Below are positions 8,291 to 18,096 of a stretch of 64,000 nt of DNA, piece after piece. The notes under the pieces were generated by a model, which was not told the origin of the DNA, did not search any database, and worked only from the letters and a program-made list of their open reading frames with translations. Every line of letters begins with the position of its first letter. Positions within the stretch are counted from its first letter, which is position 1. The translations under genes and the position numbers were made by a program. This DNA comes from a virus (taxonomy: Duplodnaviria; Heunggongvirae; Uroviricota; Caudoviricetes), in the IMG/VR virus record IMGVR_UViG_2579779105_000001; one strand, written 5' to 3'.

Positions 8291-8683
8291 ATGGAACAAA
8301 TCAGCAGCGCAGAAATTGCGGATATCATGATTAGGGCTGACTGCTATCTGACAGTCACTGAAATTACCATTCTCGCCAAAGAAAAATACCCTCATCTCCA
8401 TGTTTCACGGGTAAGTGTAACTAACATCATTCGTCATTTTGTTCGTTCAAGCAGGGCAATCTGTGAGCTTGATGATCGCGTTTACCCACGAAAATACTGG
8501 TTGCATGGCCTGAACGGATATCAGTTCAAGGTGCGTGGGCGAACCCCTGAATACGGCAGTTTACTGGTTAAAAACTGTAGCAGGAAATCAGTCGAACAGG
8601 CGCGAAAAGAGCAACGAGAGCTGGTGGACATGGCGAATAAGCTGTGGAATGCCGCCGTTAAAAAGCGTGGTGTTGCTTTATGA
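8291..8683 (+). CDS. putative late promoter activator (Lpa-like), by position upstream of pacA
   Basis: 130-aa ORF overlapping the pacA start by 4 nt. P1 has lpa directly upstream of pacA; no sequence comparison was possible. Confidence 0.35.
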   Translation: MEQISSAEIADIMIRADCYLTVTEITILAKEKYPHLHVSRVSVTNIIRHFVRSSRAICELDDRVYPRKYWLHGLNGYQFKVRGRTPEYGSLLVKNCSRKSVEQARKEQRELVDMANKLWNAAVKKRGVAL

Positions 8684-10044
8684 GTCTGGTTAATTGGGAG
8701 GAGCACCGCGCCCGCTTTATAGCGTTGCGTGAAGAAAAAGGGATCACTGTAAAGGAATACTGTGAGGAGCATGGCCTTAGCTTCAATACAGCCAGAAAGC
8801 ATCTCAATATGAAAAAAAATGAGGTGCGGTCGCAGGTAAAGACAACAAAAAAAAGCACCAAATCACCTGAAAAAAAACGGGCAGGAAGAGCAACAAAAAA
8901 GCAGGAAGAGGGTGCAGGAAAAACAAAATTTACAGAAATTGACAATTCGCAGGGCGCAGGTTCTTTCCGAAGTATGCCGAGAAAGAAAACTTCGGATCAT
9001 GAAAATAATTCAAATAATAACAATGAGATAAAAGAATCCGTCAGGAGATCATTACGCGAAAAAATGGCGAAAATGATCCCCGAAGAAGATAAAAGCGCCC
9101 CAAAAATTGAGGGATCTTCTGCAATGATCCCTGACGGTGCTGTGCAGCGTGCCACATTGCCAACTACGAATGTAGCTCGCGATATGATGAAGAACGGCGC
9201 AGAAGAACACCTGCGGTTAGCAATTCAAATGGCGCAAGAGCGCGCACTTCAGTATCAAAGCATTGTTGATCAGGAGGCCGAACGTCTACAGGCGGAAATA
9301 GACACCCTGGGCGATAAAGAGCCAGAAGGAATGCACCCTGGGCAGCGCCTTCTCGGTCTAATCAGTGACGCGGCCTACTACATGAATGATTTTATCAGTA
9401 GGTTGGCAGCTATTTATCAGTCCGAACAAAAGCTGCGACAGGGGGATGAAAAGCTTCGTCAGAGCGCTCGCCAGCAAGCATTCAAAGAGGCTGAGGCCAG
9501 AGAAAAACTCGAATTAGCACGCCTACAGGCCGAACAGCGTGGCAAAGAGATTGAATATCGCATTGGCGCTGACGCACGCGCAGCCAGAGTTATCGCCGCC
9601 GCTATACGTATGCGTGAGCGCGAGGAACTGGATGATATCGGTGTTGCTGAATACATCGAGCGCCAGGGTGTCAGCGTCCCGGCTATCCTCGCGGCGCGCG
9701 CGGCGAAAGCTATCACTCTTCTCGAACCACCTGTTTCTGACGTCAATGATGTTGATGATGAACAGCTGGACAAAGAGGCAAGGGAGTTTGCAACGCTTCA
9801 GGCTAACCATCCGCAATGGCTGGCAGAGCGCCGGGCGGATGTGGCAACCATTGTTGAAGAATTGGGGTGCGGAGATTACGACCGCAATGGCGAGCGTAAA
9901 GCTGGAGAATTCGAGGCCAACGACGAAGAGCTGGATATTGACCCTTCGGCAACGGCTGAAATTTACGGTGATTATGATGCATCTGATGCAGGGTATGACG
10001 CCGGAGATGATGATATCGCGATAGAACCGCCGGAGGATGATTAA
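8680..10044 (+). CDS. pacA: terminase small subunit / pac-site recognition protein (PacA-like)
   Basis: 454-aa ORF with N-terminal HTH-like region, basic/acidic low-complexity linker and acidic C-terminus; lies directly upstream of the large terminase. Confidence 0.55.
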   Translation: MSLVNWEEHRARFIALREEKGITVKEYCEEHGLSFNTARKHLNMKKNEVRSQVKTTKKSTKSPEKKRAGRATKKQEEGAGKTKFTEIDNSQGAGSFRSMPRKKTSDHENNSNNNNEIKESVRRSLREKMAKMIPEEDKSAPKIEGSSAMIPDGAVQRATLPTTNVARDMMKNGAEEHLRLAIQMAQERALQYQSIVDQEAERLQAEIDTLGDKEPEGMHPGQRLLGLISDAAYYMNDFISRLAAIYQSEQKLRQGDEKLRQSARQQAFKEAEAREKLELARLQAEQRGKEIEYRIGADARAARVIAAAIRMREREELDDIGVAEYIERQGVSVPAILAARAAKAITLLEPPVSDVNDVDDEQLDKEAREFATLQANHPQWLAERRADVATIVEELGCGDYDRNGERKAGEFEANDEELDIDPSATAEIYGDYDASDAGYDAGDDDIAIEPPEDD

Positions 10045-11552
10045 TGGCTGGCAGGCGCAAGGTTAAATGCGTCACCAGAGATCCACGCTGGCGCGATATG
10101 GTAATCAAATACCGCTACAACTTTACCCAGGCTGTTGTCGATATTTTTGGGATGTTCCCCTCCCACCAGCAGCAGCAGATCATTCAGTCCGTACAGGAAA
10201 CGGGGAGTAGGACTACCGTCACGTCCGGACACGGAACGGGGAAGTCGTCCCTTACCGCGATGTTGCTGTTGATTTTTATGATCCTGTTCCCCGATGCCCG
10301 TGTCATCATTGTTGCTAACAAGATAGGCCAGGTAAAAACAGGCGTATTCAAATACGTTAAACAGTATTGGGCGAATGCAGTTAAGCGTCATGGGTGGTTG
10401 CAGACCTATTTTGTCCTCTCTGACACCATGTTTTATGAGCGCTCCCGTAAGGGGATTTGGGAAGTTCTCTGCAAAGGTTATCGACTCGGCAACGAAGAAG
10501 CGCTGGCGGGGGAACACGCGGCACATTTGCTTCTAATTCTGGATGAAGCATCTGGTATATCTGATAAGGCGATCGGCGTAATGACCGGTGCTCTTACTGA
10601 AGAAGATAACCGGATGTTGATGCTATCCCAGCCAACAAGGCCAAGTGGTTATTTCTACGATTCGCACCATTCTCGAGCAAAAACCCCAGACAACCCGAAA
10701 GGGATCTGGACAGCAATTGTTCTTAACTCGGAAGAATCACCGTTCGTCACACCACAATTCATCAAGGAGAAGCTTCTGGAATATGGCGGGCGCGATTCTA
10801 TTGAGTACATGGTCAAGGTGCTTGGTCAGTTCCCACGAGAAATTAACGGCTATTTGCTTGGTCGTGATGAATGCGATCGCGCTGCTCGCCGCAAGGTGTT
10901 GTTGGAGAAAAACTGGGGATGGGTGGCAACGGCTGACGTTGGTAATGGGCGAGATAAGTCGGTCCTCAACATCTGCAAGGTATCAGGTCACAGGGATAAG
11001 CGGCGCGTTGTTAACTTTAAGGTAATGGAGATGCCTGGCACTATGGACCCATTGGCCTTTGCTGACTTCATATATAACGAATGTACGCCGGAAAAATACC
11101 CGAATATAACAATCGCGGTTGATGCTGATGGTTTTGGTTCTGATACGTGTGCGCAGTTGGTGCGTCGTGGTGCGAACCCGGTACGTATTCGGTGGGGAAA
11201 ACCCATGTTTGCGAACAAAGACAGGGAGCGATTTGTTAATCAGCGAGCCTACGCAAATATTATGGCGCGTGATGCCATAAAGTCAGGGCGTATGCGGATA
11301 GACAGTGACTCTAAAACGGCAGAGCAAGCGTCAAAAATCCCCTTTTTACTGAATGAAGAAGGGAAAATGGCGATGATGCGCAAAGAGCACATGCGGCAAA
11401 AGCTAAACATCAAATCGCCTGACCGATGGGATACCTACTGCTTCACTATGCTGGTGGACTATGTGCCTGCTAATGAAGATATTGGTGCCGAAATGGCAAC
11501 TTTCCGAGATCAGGTTCTGGCGGATATCGAAATGCCGGATCTGGATATATAA
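10044..11552 (+). CDS. pacB: terminase large subunit (PacB-like)
   Basis: 502-aa ORF with Walker A-like GHGTGKSS and LILDEAS Walker B-like motifs; start overlaps the pacA stop. Confidence 0.6.
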   Translation: MAGRRKVKCVTRDPRWRDMVIKYRYNFTQAVVDIFGMFPSHQQQQIIQSVQETGSRTTVTSGHGTGKSSLTAMLLLIFMILFPDARVIIVANKIGQVKTGVFKYVKQYWANAVKRHGWLQTYFVLSDTMFYERSRKGIWEVLCKGYRLGNEEALAGEHAAHLLLILDEASGISDKAIGVMTGALTEEDNRMLMLSQPTRPSGYFYDSHHSRAKTPDNPKGIWTAIVLNSEESPFVTPQFIKEKLLEYGGRDSIEYMVKVLGQFPREINGYLLGRDECDRAARRKVLLEKNWGWVATADVGNGRDKSVLNICKVSGHRDKRRVVNFKVMEMPGTMDPLAFADFIYNECTPEKYPNITIAVDADGFGSDTCAQLVRRGANPVRIRWGKPMFANKDRERFVNQRAYANIMARDAIKSGRMRIDSDSKTAEQASKIPFLLNEEGKMAMMRKEHMRQKLNIKSPDRWDTYCFTMLVDYVPANEDIGAEMATFRDQVLADIEMPDLDI

Positions 11553-11555
11553 AAG

Positions 11556-11572
11556 CCCCGCAGTGCGGGGCC
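11556..11572 (-). terminator. hairpin GCCCCGCAGTGCGGGGC between convergent pacB and the 11581-12618 gene
   Basis: On the minus strand the hairpin is followed by TTTTAT. Confidence 0.4.
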
Positions 11573-11580
11573 GGTGGTGA

Positions 11581-12618
11581 TTACCAGAGCTTTGCGGCGC
11601 GCTGCGTTTGGGGGAATGTGTATCCGTAACGTTCTTCGATTGCTTTGCCGTATTTTTTACGCGCTTCATTCAGTTTGATGCCGGTCAGGTCGTCTCCAGA
11701 GGCCATCATTACGTCTAACAATTCCAGATCCATTTTATCCAGCCTTGCCATTGCTTCACGCGATGTACGAATCTTACGTTCAATGATATGGCGAATAGCC
11801 GGATCGGCATCCTCCAGCATCTTAGCTGATTTCTGCTTAAGGTTTTCGTTGCGGATATCGATGTTCCTTAAGATATACGACTTCGCAACGTAGCTTGGCT
11901 GATGTTTTTCCAGGTCACGAACACGATATAAGCTAAAGTCGCCGAGAAGGCTGCAAGGCACCGATTCGACGCCAGAATAAATTGTAATGCTACGGCGTTC
12001 ACCAACATTATTGACAACGGGGATCGTTGTCTTCGGTAGTTTTGCGAAAACGAATGCGCCATGTGCGCCAACTCTAAAGCGAGAAAGGGCATTGCTGCCT
12101 TCGATGTTTGTTGTCAGCACAACATCTGTATATGCCTCTTTACGCGCCCGGTAGACCTCGCCTTCAGGCTCAGCTTCAAAGAAGCGCTGTTCTTCTTCAA
12201 GAGCACCTACGATTTGAGAAAAAACCCTATTTTTCAGGCTTTTCTTTATGATTTTGTCGTATTTTTTGAGCAATTGTTCACGTGTAAATGTACGTGTTGT
12301 TGTAGCGCTTTGCACAACAACATGCGTGCTTTGATTGGTGTCCTCAATGATGAATGGGATCGGAGAATATACAGACTCAACAATGTTAGACGCTTTGCCG
12401 TCAGCATTACGGCACAAGTCAACAAAGGCTTTCCATTCTGCGAGGCACTTTTCAGCTTCTTCTAGTACATTTTGGTCGTGTGTTAGTGCAACGTGGCGGA
12501 ATTCCTCGCCAGCATAACTGGTATCATGGAAAACAGAGTTTGCGACCACCAGCTCTTTCCACCGTTCAGCGGTTTGCAGGAACCGTTTGTACTCTTTCTC
12601 GATCGACTTCTTACTCAT
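11581..12618 (-). CDS. hypothetical protein; candidate C1-like repressor by position and operator context
   Basis: 345-aa ORF convergent with pacB; an operator-like motif sits just upstream at 12637-12652. No sequence-level confirmation. Confidence 0.3.
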   Translation of the reverse strand: MSKKSIEKEYKRFLQTAERWKELVVANSVFHDTSYAGEEFRHVALTHDQNVLEEAEKCLAEWKAFVDLCRNADGKASNIVESVYSPIPFIIEDTNQSTHVVVQSATTTRTFTREQLLKKYDKIIKKSLKNRVFSQIVGALEEEQRFFEAEPEGEVYRARKEAYTDVVLTTNIEGSNALSRFRVGAHGAFVFAKLPKTTIPVVNNVGERRSITIYSGVESVPCSLLGDFSLYRVRDLEKHQPSYVAKSYILRNIDIRNENLKQKSAKMLEDADPAIRHIIERKIRTSREAMARLDKMDLELLDVMMASGDDLTGIKLNEARKKYGKAIEERYGYTFPQTQRAAKLW

Positions 12619-12636
12619 TATTCCTACTCGATTTAG

Positions 12637-12652
12637 TTTTCTAACATAAAAT
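12637..12652 (+). promoter_or_regulatory. operator-like site TTTTCTAACATAAAAT
   Basis: Motif instance 19 bp upstream of the start of the 11581-12618 gene. Confidence 0.45.
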
Positions 12653-12830
12653 CCCTATGACAAATCTATGTCGAATAACAGAGTGAGTAAAGGATCGAAC
12701 TATGATTTTTTTGTCATCAACTTTAGAAAACCAACCGTTGAAACCACACTTCGCAAATTAAAGACCATGAAGGCAACGTGTTACTGTCCATCATCAATCT
12801 ATGATGGATTACAAAAAAAATCGGCATTTT

Positions 12831-12864
12831 ATAACTTTAAATAATGGGGATTATTTAAAGTTAG
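12831..12864. other. lox-like recombination site (13-bp inverted arms, 8-bp spacer)
   Basis: ATAACTTTAAATA-ATGGGGAT-TATTTAAAGTTAG; arms match 12/13. Same architecture as loxP (ATAACTTCGTATA-ATGTATGC-TATACGAAGTTAT), sharing the outer ATAACTT and the spacer ATG start; 150 bp upstream of the Cre-like gene. Confidence 0.65.
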
Positions 12865-13015
12865 GCTATAATCATGTGTAGATGAACAGTATTGACATCA
12901 CTGAAAATACGTGCCTCGAATCAAAGGCTTGTATTTTGAAAATTAACTTATAGCTACCCTGTCATTTTTATATTTTTCGCGTAGCGTCATATGTATATAG
13001 AGGCGAAATAGTTTC

Positions 13016-14044
13016 ATGGGAGAATTAATTATCTCTGGCAGTTCCGGTGGTTTTCTGCGCAACATTGGCAAAGAGTACCAGGAAGCCGCAGAAAACTTTA
13101 TGCGGTTCATGAATGACCAGGGGGCTTATGCGCCGAATACTCTGCGCGACCTCCGGTTGGTGTTTCATTCCTGGGCGCGCTGGTGTCACGCTCGCCAGCT
13201 CGCCTGGTTCCCGATCTCACCAGAAATGGCCCGCGAGTATTTTCTTCAGCTGCATGATGCCGATCTGGCTTCGACCACCATTGATAAGCACTACGCCATG
13301 CTGAACATGCTGCTTTCGCATTGTGGCCTTCCGCCACTTTCGGATGATAAAAGTGTTTCTCTGGCTATGCGGCGCATCCGGCGCGAAGCGGCAACTGAAA
13401 AAGGCGAACGAACAGGCCAGGCTATACCGCTGCGGTGGGACGATCTGAAACTGCTCGACGTCCTGTTGTCCAGGTCAGAACGGCTGGTGGACCTGCGCAA
13501 CCGGGCTTTTCTCTTTGTTGCATACAATACGCTGATGCGTATGTCGGAAATCTCGCGTATTCGTGTAGGAGATCTGGACCAAACAGGTGACACTGTCACG
13601 CTACATATTTCACACACGAAGACAATAACGACCGCCGCCGGGCTTGATAAGGTGCTTTCCCGTCGCACTACCGCTGTGCTGAATGACTGGCTGGATGTTT
13701 CCGGGCTTCGCGAACATCGTGACGCAGTGCTGTTCCCGCCGATACACCGTAGCAATAAGGCCAGGATCACGACAACGCCCCTTACTGCACCTGCAATGGA
13801 GAAAATATTCAGCGACGCCTGGGTGTTGCTGAATAAAAGAGATGCTACGCCAAACAAAGGGAGATACCGGACGTGGACCGGGCATAGTGCACGCGTCGGG
13901 GCCGCTATTGATATGGCTGAAAAGCAGGTGTCTATGGTGGAGATCATGCAGGAAGGAACCTGGAAGAAACCGGAAACACTTATGCGGTATCTGCGCCGTG
14001 GCGGTGTGTCTGTGGGGGCTAATAGCCGCCTGATGGATTCGTAA
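13016..14044 (+). CDS. Cre-like tyrosine site-specific recombinase (divergent from P1 Cre)
   Basis: 342 aa. Conserved blocks shared with Cre: WFPxxPEDVRDYLL-like, SVSLAMRRIRREA, LAFxxIAYNTLLRIAEIARIRVxDI, WSGHSARVGAAxDMA, and the C-terminal Tyr region (MRYLRR). Confidence 0.85.
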   Translation: MGELIISGSSGGFLRNIGKEYQEAAENFMRFMNDQGAYAPNTLRDLRLVFHSWARWCHARQLAWFPISPEMAREYFLQLHDADLASTTIDKHYAMLNMLLSHCGLPPLSDDKSVSLAMRRIRREAATEKGERTGQAIPLRWDDLKLLDVLLSRSERLVDLRNRAFLFVAYNTLMRMSEISRIRVGDLDQTGDTVTLHISHTKTITTAAGLDKVLSRRTTAVLNDWLDVSGLREHRDAVLFPPIHRSNKARITTTPLTAPAMEKIFSDAWVLLNKRDATPNKGRYRTWTGHSARVGAAIDMAEKQVSMVEIMQEGTWKKPETLMRYLRRGGVSVGANSRLMDS

Positions 14045-14047
14045 ATT

Positions 14048-14062
14048 AAATTTCTAACACAT
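14048..14062 (+). promoter_or_regulatory. operator-like site AAATTTCTAACACAT
   Basis: Motif instance just after the cre-like stop and upstream of the 14118 ORF. Confidence 0.4.
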
Positions 14063-14117
14063 CTTTTTAGATTAACGCCTTTGATGTAAAGTACCCTCGC
14101 CTATTTAGGAGGGTGCT

Positions 14118-14462
14118 TTGCAGAGTCAAATCACGGAATCAAGACGCTTCAAGGTGGATGGTTACACCGTAACCTTCGCTGCTGGTGTTAAGAACAGTCA
14201 TGCTGTCGTTGTGTTCGGCATCATGACCGGGCTTGAGGCCGTCCCTGTGTTTACCCTCGAAAAAAACTGGCGAAATCTGGAGGAAGCAGAAAGCTACGTC
14301 CGGAAAGTAACCATCATTGCCGCCGAAAAACTCCTGGCCCACTATCAGGAAAATTATCGCACTATGGTCGAGAAGATTAATCTCGCTTTCACTCGCCCCA
14401 CTACCGGCTTTATTGCACCGGATACTAATGCAGGTCGCTATCCTGCAAGGGGGCGTCGGTGA
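14118..14462 (+). CDS. hypothetical protein (cra-like position)
   Basis: 114-aa ORF downstream of the cre-like gene; stop overlaps the next start. Confidence 0.4.
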   Translation: MQSQITESRRFKVDGYTVTFAAGVKNSHAVVVFGIMTGLEAVPVFTLEKNWRNLEEAESYVRKVTIIAAEKLLAHYQENYRTMVEKINLAFTRPTTGFIAPDTNAGRYPARGRR

Positions 14463-14935
14463 AAACTTATTACACATCTCTGAATTGTTACCCGTCTTCC
14501 TATCCAGAATTATCCGGGAAGCTGTTAGCTCTATTAGCTAAAGCACCTACGGAATGGTTTAAGCCAGTCGTTATCAATCCACACTTCCTGGATTACGGAT
14601 CTGTTCGCACTCGTAACGAACTCAAAAACCTACTGGCGCATGGATTCATTCGACACCGTGCCGCGAAAGGCTATCAGTTAGCGATTGCGCCAGAAGAGGC
14701 TGTGCGGCTATTCGCATATCGTGACAGCCAGACAAAAGCTCGGGTAATAGCTCAAATACTTCATAACGGCAGCACCTATGCCCGCCAGTTTGGCGGCGAC
14801 ACGTCGCAGTTCTTGCGGGCGGTGCGATCGCTGGAGGAGCAAGGAGTTATTGAAAGTTCCTGTCTTCCTGTTCCTACCGTTCCACATATCAAACGTCGGG
14901 TTTACACCTTCACGCAGAGAGCTAAAAAACAATGA
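14459..14935 (+). CDS. hypothetical protein
   Basis: 158-aa ORF, translationally coupled to its neighbours. Confidence 0.4.
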   Translation: MKTYYTSLNCYPSSYPELSGKLLALLAKAPTEWFKPVVINPHFLDYGSVRTRNELKNLLAHGFIRHRAAKGYQLAIAPEEAVRLFAYRDSQTKARVIAQILHNGSTYARQFGGDTSQFLRAVRSLEEQGVIESSCLPVPTVPHIKRRVYTFTQRAKKQ

Positions 14936-15426
14936 TTTACGTAAAAGTGAAACGCCTACATCCGGCAGCAAAACTTCCAGCTTATGCCACCTCCGGATCG
15001 GCGGCGATGGATTTTGAGGCTGTTGAAATAAAACCATGCGTCGATAGCAATGGTGCAATTTCCTCAAGCTGGTGGGTGTATACCGGACTGGCTATGGAGA
15101 TCCCGCCCGGCTGGTGTCTGAAACTCTATCCGCGATCCGGATTGGGCTGCAAAAAACATACTCGCCTGGCTAACTGCGTAGGAATTATCGACTCCGATTA
15201 TCGCGGCGAAATCATGGCAAAACTGATTACTGATCCCGGCGGGGAAGGCGTTTGTCTCAAGCCTGGAATGGCTGTCATGCAAGGAATTTTTGAACGTGTT
15301 GAACAAGTCTCACTAGTCGAGGTTGAGGAACTCAACGAAACGGAACGTGGTGCTGGTGGCTTTGGTAGCACATCGGAAGGCCACTTTGAAATTAAGCGTT
15401 CACCGCTTCAGTACGAAAAGTTATAA
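14932..15426 (+). CDS. dut: dUTP diphosphatase (dUTPase)
   Basis: Motifs PRSGLG (II), GIIDSDYRGE (III) and ERGAGGFGST (V); motif IV is divergent (GMAVMQGIF rather than GERIAQ). Confidence 0.75.
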   Translation: MIYVKVKRLHPAAKLPAYATSGSAAMDFEAVEIKPCVDSNGAISSSWWVYTGLAMEIPPGWCLKLYPRSGLGCKKHTRLANCVGIIDSDYRGEIMAKLITDPGGEGVCLKPGMAVMQGIFERVEQVSLVEVEELNETERGAGGFGSTSEGHFEIKRSPLQYEKL

Positions 15427-15440
15427 GCAGAGAAAAGACT

Positions 15441-16142
15441 ATGAATAACATGGCAACGAAAGAGCTTTTTAAGTTCCTTCCCAAATACAAAGCTCACAAA
15501 AACGTTAGTGCATCGAAAATCAAAAATGTTGTTATTTTCGGAGTAACTGATGCCCCACTTTGGGGCAGCATCGAACTCGTTGAACCAAAAGGGGCAACAG
15601 TTTGTGTTGACGCAATGTTTTTACAAAAACACCGACCAAAAACTGGCGGGTATCTGATCGTTTATGAAAACGGTTATCTGTTCTATGCCCCGGAGAAACC
15701 ATTTGAGGAACGCTATGGCCTGGTTAACGACGTCTCCAAAAATGGAACCACGGTCATCATTACGGATGACAACGGCGAGATGATTAATCTTACCGGGAGC
15801 GTAACTATTTCTGCTGGTGGCATCACCACCCAGCAAGAAGAAATCGACCTTGAAGCAGCCGACTTTTCTGACGCGCTGATGTGGCTGAAGGATGGCAAGA
15901 AAGTTGCCCGGCGCGGGTGGAACGGCGAAAACCAATTCTGCTGGCTGGTTCCAGACAAACACGGCGCTTCAAGACTAACCCCTATAAAACATGCCATCAA
16001 TGGAGAGCTTGAAATCAATTTCGACTCTCCTCTTGCTCCTTATGGTACGCATTTCGCTTTGAAAAATGCACAAGGTGTAGTTGTTCCGTGGGTGCCTTCT
16101 GTAGGCGACTTACTGGCATGTGACTGGTTTGTAGTGGAGTGA
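15441..16142 (+). CDS. phage protein with DUF2829-like C-terminal domain
   Basis: ALMWLKDGKKVARRGWNG ... VVPWVPSVGDLLACDWFVVE; family name recalled from memory, not verified. Confidence 0.45.
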   Translation: MNNMATKELFKFLPKYKAHKNVSASKIKNVVIFGVTDAPLWGSIELVEPKGATVCVDAMFLQKHRPKTGGYLIVYENGYLFYAPEKPFEERYGLVNDVSKNGTTVIITDDNGEMINLTGSVTISAGGITTQQEEIDLEAADFSDALMWLKDGKKVARRGWNGENQFCWLVPDKHGASRLTPIKHAINGELEINFDSPLAPYGTHFALKNAQGVVVPWVPSVGDLLACDWFVVE

Positions 16143-16148
16143 TTTAAC

Positions 16149-16949
16149 GTGGAAAATACTAAAGCAATTCAATACCGCTTGCGTAATGGCCTGCTGGTGG
16201 CTGTTAACGCCGACATGTCACTGCCGTTTGACACGATTGAACGTACTATCATGACGTATCTCGGCTTTAATGAAGAGCTGAATGAAGAGCATGGCGTAGC
16301 TATATGGAGTGATGCAGGAAGCGGCGTTCATCGTTACATCACCGCCAGGGGCAAAGACTACTCTCTGGAAGAACTGTTTACCCTTGCACAGTCTTTCGAA
16401 TGTGTAGCATTAGACATGTTTAATGATCCTGCTATAGCGCAACGACTTATACGCGAGCTTGGGCTATCCGTTACACCAATTATCTTTAAGAATGGCAGCC
16501 TGACTGGCACATGGCGCGTAGAACGCATCTCAAACTACCTTCCATATAACCGACAGTTAAATGGAGTAATCTCCGGCGTTAATCAGCCCGTAGCGTGTGA
16601 AAATGTAAACCTGGTTGCCGCTGTTTTGGCAACCGCATGTCGTGTTATCGGTTTGGCTAAACAGGCTTTTATTCATTTCCCAAATGGTGCAGAAGGTAGC
16701 GCAGAGATTATCGCGTGTGATTTCGAATTTACCTGGATGCTACGCGAATATCTGGACCAAACAGTGTTCCGCGCCGAAGAACTGGATATGTATATCACGT
16801 CAACGATTCCTGATGATGTACGTGCTGAAGCAATCGCCACAGCAAGGGCCAAATGCCGTGCGGCGATTGCAGAGCAGGCCAAAGAAGAACCGTCCGATGA
16901 AGCCGTGGCTGATGTTGAAGCAGAGGTAGCGGAGGATGCTGACGCCTAA
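16149..16949 (+). CDS. hypothetical protein with acidic C-terminus
   Basis: 266-aa ORF followed by a terminator hairpin. Confidence 0.45.
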   Translation: MENTKAIQYRLRNGLLVAVNADMSLPFDTIERTIMTYLGFNEELNEEHGVAIWSDAGSGVHRYITARGKDYSLEELFTLAQSFECVALDMFNDPAIAQRLIRELGLSVTPIIFKNGSLTGTWRVERISNYLPYNRQLNGVISGVNQPVACENVNLVAAVLATACRVIGLAKQAFIHFPNGAEGSAEIIACDFEFTWMLREYLDQTVFRAEELDMYITSTIPDDVRAEAIATARAKCRAAIAEQAKEEPSDEAVADVEAEVAEDADA

Positions 16950-17004
16950 AAACATCACCGAATTAGCTGGCTGACAGCAGAAAAAATCATTGAGTGATAG
17001 TAGG

Positions 17005-17034
17005 AAGCCCGCCTGGTTGAGCGGGCTTCTTTTC
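17005..17034. terminator. bidirectional terminator-like hairpin (GAAGCCCGC ... GCGGGCTTC)
   Basis: Sits between the convergent 16149-16949 gene and doc; flanked by A-rich and T-rich runs. Confidence 0.5.
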
Positions 17035-17413
17035 AAATATTGGGACCAAATAATTCACGTAGTTTTTCCGCTACTGAAGATACGGGGATTTCACCAGTTG
17101 CGGCCCCCACCGCTAGTTCCACCAGCACGGGAGAATCATATACCTGTATGCCGTTACGGCGTAGAAATAGCAGCGCACTGTTTAGCGCGGTACGCTTATT
17201 GGCATCATTGAATATATGCCCTCTCGCCGTAGCTACCAGGTAGGTGGCGGAGACTTCGAAAAGGTCGGTGATCTCTTCGTAGGCAACTCTGGCCTGAACT
17301 CTACCGATAATGGCCTCTGCCCTACCCGGATCTGACATTCCCGGCAGGCCGCCGTAGCGGCTTATATTCGCATCATGAAGCGCAATAAGTTCTTCCGGTG
17401 ATATATGCCTCAT
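17033..17413 (-). CDS. doc: Doc toxin (death on curing; Fic-fold kinase)
   Basis: 126 aa, [39 protein letters not shown]...; close to P1 Doc as recalled. Confidence 0.9.
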
Positions 17414-17634
17414 TATCGGTTAACCAGTTCCTTGTTGGTGGAGTCCAGGGTGTCAAACAGGGATGCAAATTCAGCATCCAGCGCCGCTTTTTTGTAGGCT
17501 TCAAAAGTAGCCTTGCTGACAATTACTGCTGGCTCTCGGCCTCTGCGGGTGATTTCAACCTCTTCCCCGGCTTCAACATTGTTGAGCACTTCAGAAAGGT
17601 TGCCGCGCGCGGTACGGAAGTTAATGGATTGCAT
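17413..17634 (-). CDS. phd: Phd antitoxin (prevent host death)
   Basis: 73 aa from [73 protein letters not shown]; matches P1 Phd as recalled. Overlaps the doc start. Confidence 0.9.
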
Positions 17635-17706
17635 AAACACCTCATGTACTCGTTATGTGTACACAACTATAAACTTCACAGGTATAAAGCACCAGCACTT
17701 TGCAGC

Positions 17707-18096
17707 TTAAATCACCGGACAATCGTCAAATTCCCCACTTCGGACATCATTGATGACATGAGTGATCACACCAAAAACAGCATTACTCCCCGTGCATCCA
17801 TCGTCATCCACTGGTAACGCCTCTTTCCTCCCGGTGCTTAAATCCTCCAGGTGCTGGCGCGGATACTTCCTGTATCTCTTTATGCGATATTCACCCTCCA
17901 TAGCGCACACAAGCAGAGAACCATCAACCGGAGTAAGCGAGGAATCAACCACCAGCAAAGCACCCTGCAATATTCCCTCACGGTGATGGCTATCAGCTGC
18001 CCGCATGAAGTAGGTTGCTGATGGATGCCTGATTAGTTGCTGATCAAGAGAAATTCGGCTTTCAACATAATCCGCCGCAGGAGAAGGGAAGCCCAT
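17707..18096 (-). CDS. humD: UmuD-like protein (HumD homolog)
   Basis: LIRHPSATYFMRA ... VVDSSLTPVDGSLLVCAMEGEYRIKRY ... VFGVITHVIN matches the UmuD' peptidase S24 fold. Confidence 0.8.
   Translation of the reverse strand: MGFPSPAADYVESRISLDQQLIRHPSATYFMRAADSHHREGILQGALLVVDSSLTPVDGSLLVCAMEGEYRIKRYRKYPRQHLEDLSTGRKEALPVDDDGCTGSNAVFGVITHVINDVRSGEFDDCPVI

Noticed and set aside
10041-10526. 161-aa minus-strand ORF inside pacB
   Set aside because: Antisense to the terminase large-subunit gene with its Walker motifs; no independent support.
13107-13947. Minus-strand ORFs (218 aa, 91 aa, 76 aa) inside the cre-like gene
   Set aside because: Antisense to a well-supported recombinase gene; Ser/Arg-rich composition typical of shadow frames.
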